64,000 nucleotides of DNA from the human T2T-CHM13v2.0 reference genome, Homo sapiens: the NCBI RefSeq assembly GCF_009914755.1, contig NC_060939.1, one strand, 5' to 3'. How positions within the stretch are numbered: position 1 is the stretch's first letter; the number at the start of each line of letters is the position of its first letter. Positions 34,936 to 48,357 of this stretch are shown here, piece by piece. Position numbers and translations under genes: made by a program. The notes below the pieces were generated by a model that saw nothing but the letters and a program-made list of their open reading frames with translations, made no database searches and had not been told where the DNA came from.

Positions 34936-35036
34936 TGTCAGATGTATAATGTGCCAACATCGTAACAAAGTTTGAAGAAAGCACATCTCACACATGCGTG
35001 TGAAAACCCAATCACACTTATGAACTACGAAAAGAT
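34936..35036 (-). pseudogene. U13 (SNORD13) snoRNA retro-pseudogene
   Basis: Reverse complement aligns with U13 (ATCCTTTTGTAGTTCATGAGCGTGATGATTGGG...GTGTGAGATGTGC...TTGTTACGA...GGCACATTA...TCTGAC), followed by an A-rich tail. One TGA of box C is deleted. Confidence 0.88.
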
Positions 35037-35414
35037 CAGTATTCTTTTTTTTCAGTAAGAAATATATTAGTCTCTGTTAGTCCCAGTGTTTACCATGTCA
35101 GTATTGTCATATTAAGCTCAAGGCTACCTGTAGCATCTTCTAGGGCCTTAATCACATCACTGCTTTGATGCAGAGGGGTTACCATTTCTGATTCTTTATT
35201 ATAATAAGACTTATGGTTAGGTATTCAGAATTAACCCAGTAAAACTCTCTGTGGATTTTGTTTCTGTCTTTTGATTATTATTATTATTTTATGTTTTTAC
35301 TTGACAGCAAGCTCATCCTTAATGTCTTTTAGTTTTTGTGTATGGTATTTATGTGAGTAGAAATGTTTGCTCTTGTTAAAGAAGGTGGGGAAGGAAGGTA
35401 AAAATAGTGTATTC

Positions 35415-35880
35415 TAATGAAGAGATGCTCAACATCATTGACCATTAGGGAAATGTAAATCAAAACCTAAATGAGATATCACCTCACACCCATTAGGATG
35501 GTTAAAGTAAAAGACAATAACAAGTGTTGATGAGGATGCAGAGAAATTGGAACACTTGTGCTTTCTTGGTGGGGGTATAAAATGGTACAGCTGCTATGGA
35601 AAACAGTATGGCAATTCCTCAAAAAATTGAAAATAGAATTGCCATATGATCCAACAATTCCACTTCTGGATATATATCCAAAAGAATTGAAAGGAGAGTT
35701 TCAAAGAGATATTTGTACACCCATGTTCATAGCGGCATTATTCACATTAGCTAGAAGGTGGAAGCAACTCAAGTGTCCATTGATGGATGAATGGATAAAC
35801 AAAATGTGGTAATATATACATGCAGTGAAATATCATTCAGCCTTGAAAAAAAGAAGGAAATTCTGACACATACTACAAAA
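35415..35880 (+). mobile_element. L1M (L1MB-like) ORF2-end/3' fragment
   Basis: gatgctcaacatca...ggaaatgtaaatcaaaacc...tggaaaacagtatggcaattcctcaaaaaattgaaaatagaattgccatatgatccaacaattccacttctgg. Confidence 0.85.
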
Positions 35881-36308
35881 TGTGAAGAAGTAATTCAGAA
35901 TAAGACTTGATCTCTGGCCGGGTGCAGTGGCTCATGCCTGTAATCCTAGCACTTTGGAAAGCTGAGGCGGGAGGATCACTTGAGGTCAGGAGTTTGAGAC
36001 CAGCCTAGTCAACATGGTGAAACCCCATCTCTACTAAAAATACAAAAAATTAGAGGTTGAGACATGAAAATCACTTGAACCTGAGAGGCAGAGGTTGCAG
36101 TGAACTGAGATCGAGTTACTGTACTCCAGCCTGGGCGACAGAACAAAACCGTCTTGGAAAAAAAAAAAAAAAAAAAAAAGACTTGTCTGGGTGCAGGGGC
36201 CCATGGCTATAATCCCAGCAGCACTTTGGGAGGCCGAGGTGGGCGGATCACCTGAGGTCGGGAGTTCGAGACCAGCCTGACCAACATGGAGAAACCCCAT
36301 CCCTACTA

Positions 36309-36467
<159 letters not shown>

Positions 36468-36569
36468 TCAAAAAAAAAAAAAAAGGACTTGATCTCTGTC
36501 TATAGTACTCTGGAGATGTAATTCACAGTGATTTTATTAAGAATTATACCATATATTCTCTGCCCTTAG

Positions 36570-36631
36570 GAATCCAATGCTTTGAGAAATAAGAAAAACT
36601 CTCGTCGAGTCAGCTTTGCAGATACTATAAA
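36570..36631 (+). CDS. KNL1: KNL1 exon 5 (62 nt): ESNALRNKKNSRRVSFADTI(K), containing RVSF
   Basis: cttag| acceptor, AA|GTAAGT donor. Canonical RVSF PP1-docking motif. Confidence 0.96.
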
Positions 36632-37967
36632 GTAAGTTGAAAGCAGAAATAACTAAAATATTATAGGTACTGGTATTTTGTGTATCAAACCAAATGTATT
36701 GGTACTGACTTGAATAATCTGTTTTGATTAAACATTAGTTATTCTTCAAAGGGTTATTCAGTATTATGTTTAAAAGAGAAACAAAGCATTCCCTCTAAAG
36801 TCAGGAACAAAACAATGATATCCAACTGTTATTTGACATTGTACTAGGGGCCGGGTGTGCTGGCTCACGCCTGTAATCCCAGCACTTTGGGAGGTTGAAG
36901 CCAGAGGATTGCTTGAGGCCAATAGTTCGAGACTAGCCCAAGCAACTTAGCGAGATCCCATCTCTACAAAAAAAAAAAAAAAAAAAAATTAGCTAGGCAT
37001 GATACCCTGCACCTGTAGTCCCAGATACTTAGGAGGCTGAGGCTGGAGGATTGCTTCAGTTCAGGAGTTCTAGGCTGCAGTGAGCCATGATAGTGTCATT
37101 GCACTCCAGCCTGGGCAACAGAGTGAGACCCTGTCTCAAAAAAGAAAAAAGAATAGCTTCTATATAGTGAGTGATACCTAATATTAGCAGAATTAGAATG
37201 AACTGGTCGGATTCAAGGCAGATGTCAAATGCTCCTTGAAGCTTATTCTTAACCAGCCCAGTGAAAAGGGATCCCTTCCTATGGAGTCCATGCTACCATA
37301 CCTGAACTGTTAATAACAAAAGCCAGTGAAATAATGTTTATAATCACTGTTCTAGCTCTATTTATAGTGGAAGCTCCTTGAGTCAAGGATCATGTGTTTG
37401 TATCCCAGGCCCTAGTATGATACCAGGTATATAGTGAGTGTTTAATAAATACTTGTTGAATTAAATGAATATTTTAGGTGATTGAGAGGGATATAATAAT
37501 TACTAAGTCAGAGCTCATTTAAAAATTATAACCTCTGCAGTAACAAATGGCTCAGAATCTTAGTTAAAAATAAATAAATAAATAAATAAACTATAACAGC
37601 ATTGTCTCTACTAGAAATAAAAAATATTAGTCAGGCTTGTTGGTGAGGCTACTCGGGAGGCTGAAGTGGGATGATCACTTTAACCTGGGAGATTGAGGCT
37701 ACAGTGAGCTGTGATCGCACCACTGCAATCTAGACTGGGCAACAAAGCGAGACCCTGTTTAAAATCAAAAATAAAAACAAAACTATAGCAGATTTTATTG
37801 TGGTAAACTACTTTTGGCATTTGAAATACTAGGAGTATATGGCATAGCAAAGAGGAAGCTAAAATCAAAGTATTATCTTGACCTATCTCAACACAGACTA
37901 TAAATCAACACCAAAAGATAATGATTACAAATTGCAGGTTTTCAATAATCTTTATTTTCTCTTCTAG

Positions 37968-38020
37968 GGTATTCCAGACGGAGTCTCATATGAAAATAGT
38001 GAGAAAGTCAGAAATGGAAG
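37968..38020 (+). CDS. KNL1: KNL1 exon 6 (53 nt): VFQTESHMKIVRKSEME
   Basis: ttctag| acceptor, AAG|GTAAGT donor. Confidence 0.95.
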
Positions 38021-38521
38021 GTAAGTATGTTACTATAATTCCTGCTAAATCTGCTTTTTAAAAAATTTTACTGTAGCTATCTAACCAGACAACTAATATA
38101 ACTTATTGTCTATCTTATTGCTTAAAAAATATATGATGGGCCATGCATAGTGGTTCACACCTGTGATCCCGACACTTTGGCAGTCTGAGGTGGGAGGATC
38201 GCTTGAGCCCAGGAGTTCAAGACCAACCTGGATAGCATAGTGAGATTCTGTCTCTACAAAAAATAAAAAATTAGCCAGGTGTGGGGGTGCATTCCTGTAG
38301 CCCCAGCTACTCAGGAGGCTGAGGTGAGAGGATCACTTGAGTCCAGAAGATTGAGACTGCAGTGATTGCACCAGTGCACTCCAGCCTGGGCAACAGAGCA
38401 AGACTCTGTCTCAAAAACAAAAAAAGTATACCTTGAGTCTTGGGAGTAGAGAGTAGAGTGGATAGTAAGTAAATTTATTTATTTATTTATTTTGAGACGG
38501 ATTTTCACTGTTGTTCCCCAG

Positions 38522-38599
38522 GCTGCAGTGCAATGGTGCCATCTCAGCTGCAACTTCTGCCTCCTGGGTTTAAGCGATTCTCCTGCCTCAGCCTCCCAG
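38522..38599 (+). CDS. KNL1: KNL1 alternative exon 7 (78 nt, antisense-Alu derived): [26 protein letters not shown]
   Basis: ttccccag| acceptor, CCAG|GTAGCC donor, phase 1-1 and open. The peptide matches my recollection of the 26-aa insert in the long KNL1 isoform. Confidence 0.85.
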
Positions 38600-38846
38600 G
38601 TAGCCGGGATTACAGGCATGCACCACCACACCCAGCTAATTTTTGTATTTTTAGTAGAGACAGGGTTTCACCATATTGGCCAGGCTGGTCTCGAACCCCT
38701 GGCCTCAAGTGATCCGCCTGCCTTGGCCTCAAAATGCTAGGATTACAGGCGTGAGCCACCACGTCCAGCAGTTAATAATTTTTTTAAATGTTGTTAATGT
38801 CCTTAAGTAATTTTTTAAAAATTTTATTGTATTTTTTTTTTTTTGA

Positions 38847-38954
<108 letters not shown>

Positions 38955-39199
38955 TGAGTAGCTGGGATTACATGTGCACGCCACCACACCTGGCTAATTT
39001 TTGTATTTTTAGTAGAGACAGGGTTTCACCGTGTTGGTCAGGTTGATCTCGAACTCCTGACCTCGTGGTCCACCCGTCTCGGCCTCCCAAAGTTCTGGGA
39101 TTACAGGCATGAGCCACCGGGCCCAGCTGTCCTTAAGTAATTTTTCTAATGCTTTATCAGTGTATCCTTGGACAAATTTAATTTTAATTTTATTTTTAG

Positions 39200-39233
39200 A
39201 AACAGAAGCAGGAGAAAATCTTCTTTTGATACA
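39200..39233 (+). CDS. KNL1: KNL1 exon 8 (34 nt): ETEAGENLLLIQ
   Basis: tttttag| acceptor, CA|GTAAGT donor. Confidence 0.93.
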
Positions 39234-39549
39234 GTAAGTAATATTCAAATTATATTTAAAAAGTTATAAATTAATATTATTTTTATTTCTTATTTTTGTG
39301 TTCCTTTTGTGGAATACTTAGGATTAATTCAGAAAACAAGTTATTTGCAGAATTTAGTATACTGCTATATCTGATTAATATGGCCATTGTACTGTTTATA
39401 GTTTTAATAGTGATGAAACAATATAATATATAAACCTTTATATTTATTAACTAATATAAAACAATAGATAGCAAGTCTTTAGTTTTTTTATTAAATTAAT
39501 CTTTCTTATAATATTATTACATAGAAAGGCAAATACCAGTAGCTCTTCA

Positions 39550-39825
<276 letters not shown>

Positions 39826-39931
39826 TCAGGAGATCGAGACCATCCTGGCCAACGTGGTGAAACCCCATCTCTACTAAGAATACAAAAATTAGCCAGGTGT
39901 TGTGGTGGGCGCCTGTAGTCCCAGCTACTCA

Positions 39932-40063
<132 letters not shown>

Positions 40064-40260
40064 TTAGCCAGGTATGGTGGCACTGTGCCTGTAATCCCAG
40101 CTACTCAGGAGGCCAAGGCACGAGAATCGCTTGAACCCGGGAGGCGGAGGTTGCAGTGAGCTGAGATCATGCCCCTGCACTCCAACCTGGGCAGCAGAGC
40201 GAGACTCTGTCTCCAAAAAAGAGGTTTTTTTGCTGTTGTTGTTGTTTGTTTGTTGTTTAG

Positions 40261-40419
<159 letters not shown>

Positions 40420-41495
40420 TAGTAGACACGGGGTTTCACCATGTTGGCCAGAATTGTCTTGGTCTCTTGACCTCGTGATCCGCCCACTTTGGCCTCCTAA
40501 AGTGCTGGGATTACAGGCGTGAGCCACTGTGCCTGGCCTAAAAAAGAGATATTTTTATCCAGTCAGTTAAGGAAATAGGTAAAAAGTCACTCCGTGCTAG
40601 TGGGAGTATAATTTGTAGAAGGCAACTTGGTAATATCGTTCAGAATTTTAAATGCACATGCCCTTTGACTTCAGTTTTATGTCTGGAAATTATCTCACCA
40701 ATATACGTGTAAATGTTTGAAATGATGAATAGATAAGGTTATTCACAGCAGCGTTTATTATAATAGTAAACGTTGTGAAAGGTCCTGAAGGTCCATCAGT
40801 AAGGGCCTGGTTAAATAAATTGTACATTTTCCATATAATTGACTATGCAGCCGGAAAAAAAATTTTATGCTAAATAGAGAAATCTCTAAGCTATATTACT
40901 TAAGATAAAAAGCAAGACGCAAAACAAAGTATATCATGTATTACCACTTGGGTAAAACAGGGAAGAAGAAAAGTGTGTGTGTGTGTGTGTATCTTCTCGT
41001 GTGTGTACATGTATAATGTATGTATATGTAGTGACTTATGCATATATATGCATAATATCTCTGGAAGAAACTAGTAAGATTGCCTACAGAGAAAAGAACC
41101 TTGCTATAGGTTACATGTTGGCTTTGTGGTTTATTAATTTAAAACCATATGAAAGTATTACCTGTTACATTCTTAAAATTGTTGAAACGAAGAAATGGAA
41201 GTAATAGTAGTCATGGTTTAGAAAAGGTACAGAATCAACTCCAACAGAACTTAAAGGAAAAATAATTTTTTAAATAAAAAGGTACAGAAGTATATACATT
41301 GAAAAGTAAAAATTATTCCCTCTTTCCCTCTTCTTTCTTTTTTGTGAGACGGGGTTTCGCTCTTGTTGGCCAGACTGGAGTATAATGGCATGATCTTGGC
41401 TCACTGCAACCTCAGCCTCCTGGGTTCAAGCAATTCTCCTGCCTCAGCCTCCTGAGTAGCTAGGACTACAGGTGTGCACCACTACACCTGGCTAA

Positions 41496-42301
<806 letters not shown>

Positions 42302-42866
42302 TGACAATTTTTGGTGTACTTGCAGAAATTTTTTTTGTATGTCCAAGTGCATGTTTAGCTTTTATTTTTTTAAACAAGACAAAAATGGGATTGCCTAGTA
42401 ATATGTCTTATAGCACTTTCTATGTTATTACATAAAGATTTACCTCAGTCTGTTACAATCTCTTGTATGGCTGCACCAACATTTAGTGAACTCCCTATTG
42501 ATGGACACTTGAGTGGTTTCTTTCATGTACTTTTTGTTTTAAGGCTCAAGTTTTAGAAAAGGAATTGCTTTATAGGTCATTTTTTGAAAAAATAAGCAAG
42601 CAGTATATATTAAGCATATTTTTCTAGTTTATTTTTTTGAGATGGGGTCTCACTCTGTCACCCAGGCTGGAGTGCAGTGACATGATTATAGTTCATTGCA
42701 GCCCTGGACTTCAGGTCTCAAGTGATCCTCCCACTTCACGCTCCCAAAGTGTTGGGATTACAGATGTGAGCCACCACGGCTGGCTGATAATATTCTTGAA
42801 ATTAGCAAACCATTAAGACCAATCTGAAAAGTATCCTTTAGTTGCCTTGTAATTCCTTCAGCCAGT

Positions 42867-42955
42867 ATTAGATGAGTCTTTTTTTAAAAAGATGTCTTTA
42901 TAATTTTCTGCATTAGATGAGTCTTTTTTAAAAAGATGTCTTTATAATTTTCTGC
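42867..42955. repeat. 45-bp tandem duplication
   Basis: ATTAGATGAGTCT(n)AAAAAGATGTCTTTATAATTTTCTGC at 42867 and 42912. Confidence 0.9.
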
Positions 42956-43063
42956 TAGTCATTCTATGAAAGTCTTTCACCTTCTGTACTCTTTCAGCTG
43001 TTATTGAAAGATTCTTGGTAATTGTTTGGGGTATAGATTATAAAAATACTTTTTAATTTTTAG

Positions 43064-43101
43064 GAATAAGAAATTAGAAGATAATTACTGTGAAATTACT
43101 G
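43064..43101 (+). CDS. KNL1: KNL1 exon 9 (38 nt): NKKLEDNYCEIT
   Basis: ttttag| acceptor, CTG|GTGAGT donor. Confidence 0.93.
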
Positions 43102-43509
43102 GTGAGTATGACTAGAATACTTTTCTTATAGTAAGATAGTCTATTCATCTAGGTTTCTTGATCACTATTATGTACAAGAAACCATGAACCACGAAAAAAA
43201 AGCAAACAGAGGCCAGGCACGGTGGCTCACGCCTGTAATCCCAGTATTTTGGCAGGCTGAGGCAGGCAGATCACGAGGTCGGGAGATCGAGACCATCCTG
43301 GCCAACATGGTGAAACCCAGTCTCTACTAAAATACAAAAAAGTAGCTGGGCGTGGTGGTGCGCTCCTGTAGTCCCAGCTACTCGGGGCTGAGGCAGGGGA
43401 ATCGCTTGAACCCAGGAGGCGGAGATTGCAGTGAGCTGAGATCGCGCCACTGCACTCCAGCAATGGCTCCAAACAGAGCTTTGTTCTTTTTTTTTTTTTT
43501 TCTTTTTGA

Positions 43510-43770
<261 letters not shown>

Positions 43771-43872
43771 TGAGCCACCGCGCCTGGCCCAGGGCTTTGT
43801 TCTTTACACATTGTCTTCAATTTAAAATTTCACAGGCTCACTATTACTTCTTTTTTTTTTTTTTTGAGATGA

Positions 43873-44088
<216 letters not shown>

Positions 44089-45697
44089 TGATCCACCCGC
44101 CTCGGCCTCCCAAAGTGCTGGGATTATAGGTATGAGCCACTGCACCCAGCCAACTCACTGTTACTTCTTTCAAACCTGCTGTTTCTCCTGTTTTCTCTGT
44201 CTTGGACTCCCACTCATTCAGTTATTCACTGAAGTCAGGAATCAAGAAGTCATTTTCAATTCTTCCTTTATGTCTAATGGCCATTTGGCCTACTTTCTGT
44301 TTTGTCTCCTAAATGTCTTGAAAATCGTTACCTATTCTGTATTCCTTCTGTGACTGCTTTAATTCAAGTTGTTATTATTTTTTCTTGGGCTACTGTATTT
44401 CATTTCTTATCCTTCCAATCCATTCTCCATGTTTCTAAATTTGATTATGTTACCTCCCAGCTTAAAATGGTTCAATGACACTGTTTTGCTTACAGAATAA
44501 AGCCCATACTCCTTAGCAGTGAGTTAGAATGTCCTTTATCACTTGGCCTGTTTTCTTCTCCAAACTTATCTCCTACCCATTATATAGGTATCCCATGCTC
44601 TAGCCCATGATGAATTATTTGCAGTTCACTATATAAACTCTTTTTCTGCCTATATGCATTTATTTTTCATTTTATTTCATTTTATTTTTTTGAGACGGAG
44701 TCTCACTCTGTCACCCAGGCTGAAGTGAGGTGGTGCTATCTTGGCTCACTGCAACCTCCGCCTCCCAGGTTCAAGCGATTTTCCTGCCTCAGCCTCCTGA
44801 GTAGCTGGGATTACAGGCACGTGCCACCAGGCCGAGCTGATTTTTGTATTTTTAGTAGAGATGGGGTTTCACCATGTTGGCCAGGCTGGTCTCAAACTCC
44901 TGACCTCAGATGATCCACCGCCTTGGCCTCCAGAGTGCTTGGATTACAGGCGTGAGCCTCCGCACTCAGCCCCTATATGCATTTATAAATGCTATTTTCT
45001 CTATCTAAAGTGATCTTTCTACTCCAGTTTGCCTATCAGGCTTCTCATTTTTCACTTCACTTAGTTTAACTTCAGTGCTATCCAAAGTGTCCAGTCCACA
45101 AACTAACTGCTCAGTCCATGACAGAAAAGGAATTTGTACCATAATGTGCCTTAACTGTGGCATTAAGCCACAGTTTAGTTTAGTTTACACTTTTTTCCTA
45201 GCAATTATTATTATATGATTTATGTTTGCCGCCAGCTCCTTATCTCGTTATGAATAGGTAACAAGCAGTTCACAGTCTGGCACCATACTTCAAGTAGCAC
45301 TGGCTTAAATGGAACCCTCTCTGGCAAAACTAAGGAGTTAGTCAGATGTTCTGTGCTCCCATAACACCTCTTTTATTTTTCAGTATATTTTAGAATTTAT
45401 CACATTGTACTTTAAGTATTTCTGGCTGTCTTATTAAAGAGGCCAAACTTTTTTTGCAGGCGGTGGGAGATACTCCTCCTTGAGGAGCACAGCTACCCCA
45501 TAGGCAGTGTGCTCAGAATAGCCTGAACTACCATCTCTGAGAGTCCAGAAATTCAGAAATTTTGTCTTGTTCTTCTTTATACCTTAGTAGACATTTGAGG
45601 TGTGTTCGTTTGTTTGTTTTGTTTTTTCATGTAATAGGTTCTGAACCAACATTTGTTGAAAAAATGAATGGAAGCCTGAAATATAAATAAGGCTTTT

Positions 45698-45733
<36 letters not shown>

Positions 45734-46674
45734 TATAATTATTTCATTATATGTACTCAAGCTCGTCATACATTCTTTAATGTGTTCTAAAGATTTGCCT
45801 TTAAACTTTAAATGTAAGTATTTTTAAATGTATTTCCTGTTTTAATATAGCCTTTTGAATCCCTTCCTTATTTACAAAGTCTGATTTGTAGTTCTAAAAT
45901 AAGTCTTGAGTCTAATCCTTTATTTCCATTTTCATTGCTCTGTTGCCCTAACATGACCTCTTGCGTTAATCTGAACTATTGTAGTAACTTCCTTATTGGT
46001 TTATCTTCTCTTGAATCAACTTCTCCTTATTACTTTTTACTATTTTTCTAAAATGCATTATATTTTATAATGGGATTATTTTTATAAAGCACATGTGTCT
46101 TATCATGGGAATATCTAGATTCCTTAACATAGAATAAAAGACCCTTCAGAATCCTACCCTAACCTTTCAGTCTCATCATTTGATACTCTTCTCCATGGGA
46201 CTTCTACTATCCAGGAAATAAAAACAGAGAAGTGAATAATAATAATAATAATAAGTAGTAGTCCAAACTTTCCATCTTTAAAATCACCACCACATTATAA
46301 AAATATTTCAGCCACACAGAGGATACAATAATTATTGGTCTCTCTGTCACTAACATAGGATAATTAAGTCTTATGAAATTTTATATGTTCCCAACACAAA
46401 AGATAAATGTTTGAGGTGGTGGATATTCCAGTTACCCTGATTTGATCATTACACAATGTATACAAGTATCAAAATATCACATGTAACACAAAAATATGTA
46501 CAACAATGATGTATCAATTTTTAAAAAATTAAAAAAATTTAATACGTAAGTTCTTAAGGGCTTAGTTACTGGTAAATTCTAGTAAATACTTGTAACTGAT
46601 GAAGAACCTAAGAAAAGGAAAATCAGGCTCAGTGTTATATTTTCTGACTACAGTTTTTTCTTTTTTCTAAATAG

Positions 46675-46727
46675 GGATGAACACATTGCTTTCTGCTCCC
46701 ATTCATACCCAGATGCAACAGAAGGAG
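46675..46727 (+). CDS. KNL1: KNL1 exon 10 (53 nt): GMNTLLSAPIHTQMQQKE
   Basis: aaatag| acceptor, GAG|GTATGA donor. Confidence 0.93.
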
Positions 46728-47140
46728 GTATGAGTTCATGCAAATACCTTCATATTGTAATGTCATTTGATTGTTAAAACAGAAAACACAATTCAATGAT
46801 AATGGCATAGTTTAGGGATGACTTAAAAAAATGAATCAGCATAAACTGGAAAGGCTTCCTACCTTTCCAGTTAACTTAAGGATAGTTAAGTCACAGCCAG
46901 TTTAAGTAATGGGAGATACAGTATACCAGTACCTCTCAAAGTTTAAAGAGCACATGAGTCTTTATTTCTATTTCCTTAGTGATACTAGTACACAAGTCCA
47001 TAGGCCATACTTTCAGTAGCAAAGAGTTAATCTGTGTCCTCACCGAGAAAACTGTTGTAGCACACAGTGTAATATATATATATATATATATATATTTTAG
47101 GCTATCTCCTACAAGAAGGATTTTTTTTGGTTGTTGTTAG

Positions 47141-47428
<288 letters not shown>

Positions 47429-47951
47429 TAATATAGATTAGCCATCATGGGCTTATGTCTTTCCTAGACTTTTAAAATTTAGGATAAGAATGACCTATTC
47501 AATATAGTAATTAGAATTTTTGTCATGTTTACATTTGGTGCTGTCAGTGTTTTTAATTTTTTAGTCATTCTAGTGGGTGTATAATTAACCTTGAATTTTT
47601 AATTTGTCCCAAAACACTAAAAAGTAAATTACTCGCAGACTTTAGATTTCTTTTTCTTTTCCTAATAGATTGGGTATTACTCTGTTGCCGAAGTTGGAGT
47701 GCAATGGTGTGATCCTAGCCTATGACAGCTCAAACTCCTGGACTCGAGCAGTCCTCCCACCTCAGCCTTCCTAGTAGCTAGGACAACAGGCATGCACCAC
47801 TGTGCCTAATTTTTATAATTTTTTGTAGAGACAGGATCTTACTTTGTTACTCCTGGCTTCAGGCAATCCCCCTGCCTCAGCCTTCCAAAGTGCTTGGATT
47901 ACAGGCGTGAGCCACTGTGCCTAGCCTAGAATAATTTTTTTTTTTTTTTGA

Positions 47952-48134
<183 letters not shown>

Positions 48135-48357
48135 TAGCCAGGATGGTCTCGATCTCCTGCCCTCGTGATCCACCCACCTCGGCTTCCCAAGAATAATTTT
48201 TAATGACAAATTATATGCAACATGCTACACCATTGATTCAAGCAAACCAACGTGTTATGAAACCATCACTGAGGATTTTTTATATAATACATGTTGTAAA
48301 ATGCCTTTTTAAAAGTTTGCTTTTGTTCTGATCTCTTATATTTTGCTTTCATTATAG

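Noticed and set aside
35558-35812. ORF resembling the L1 ORF2 C-terminus
   Set aside because: Short decayed L1M fragment that cannot be an active element.
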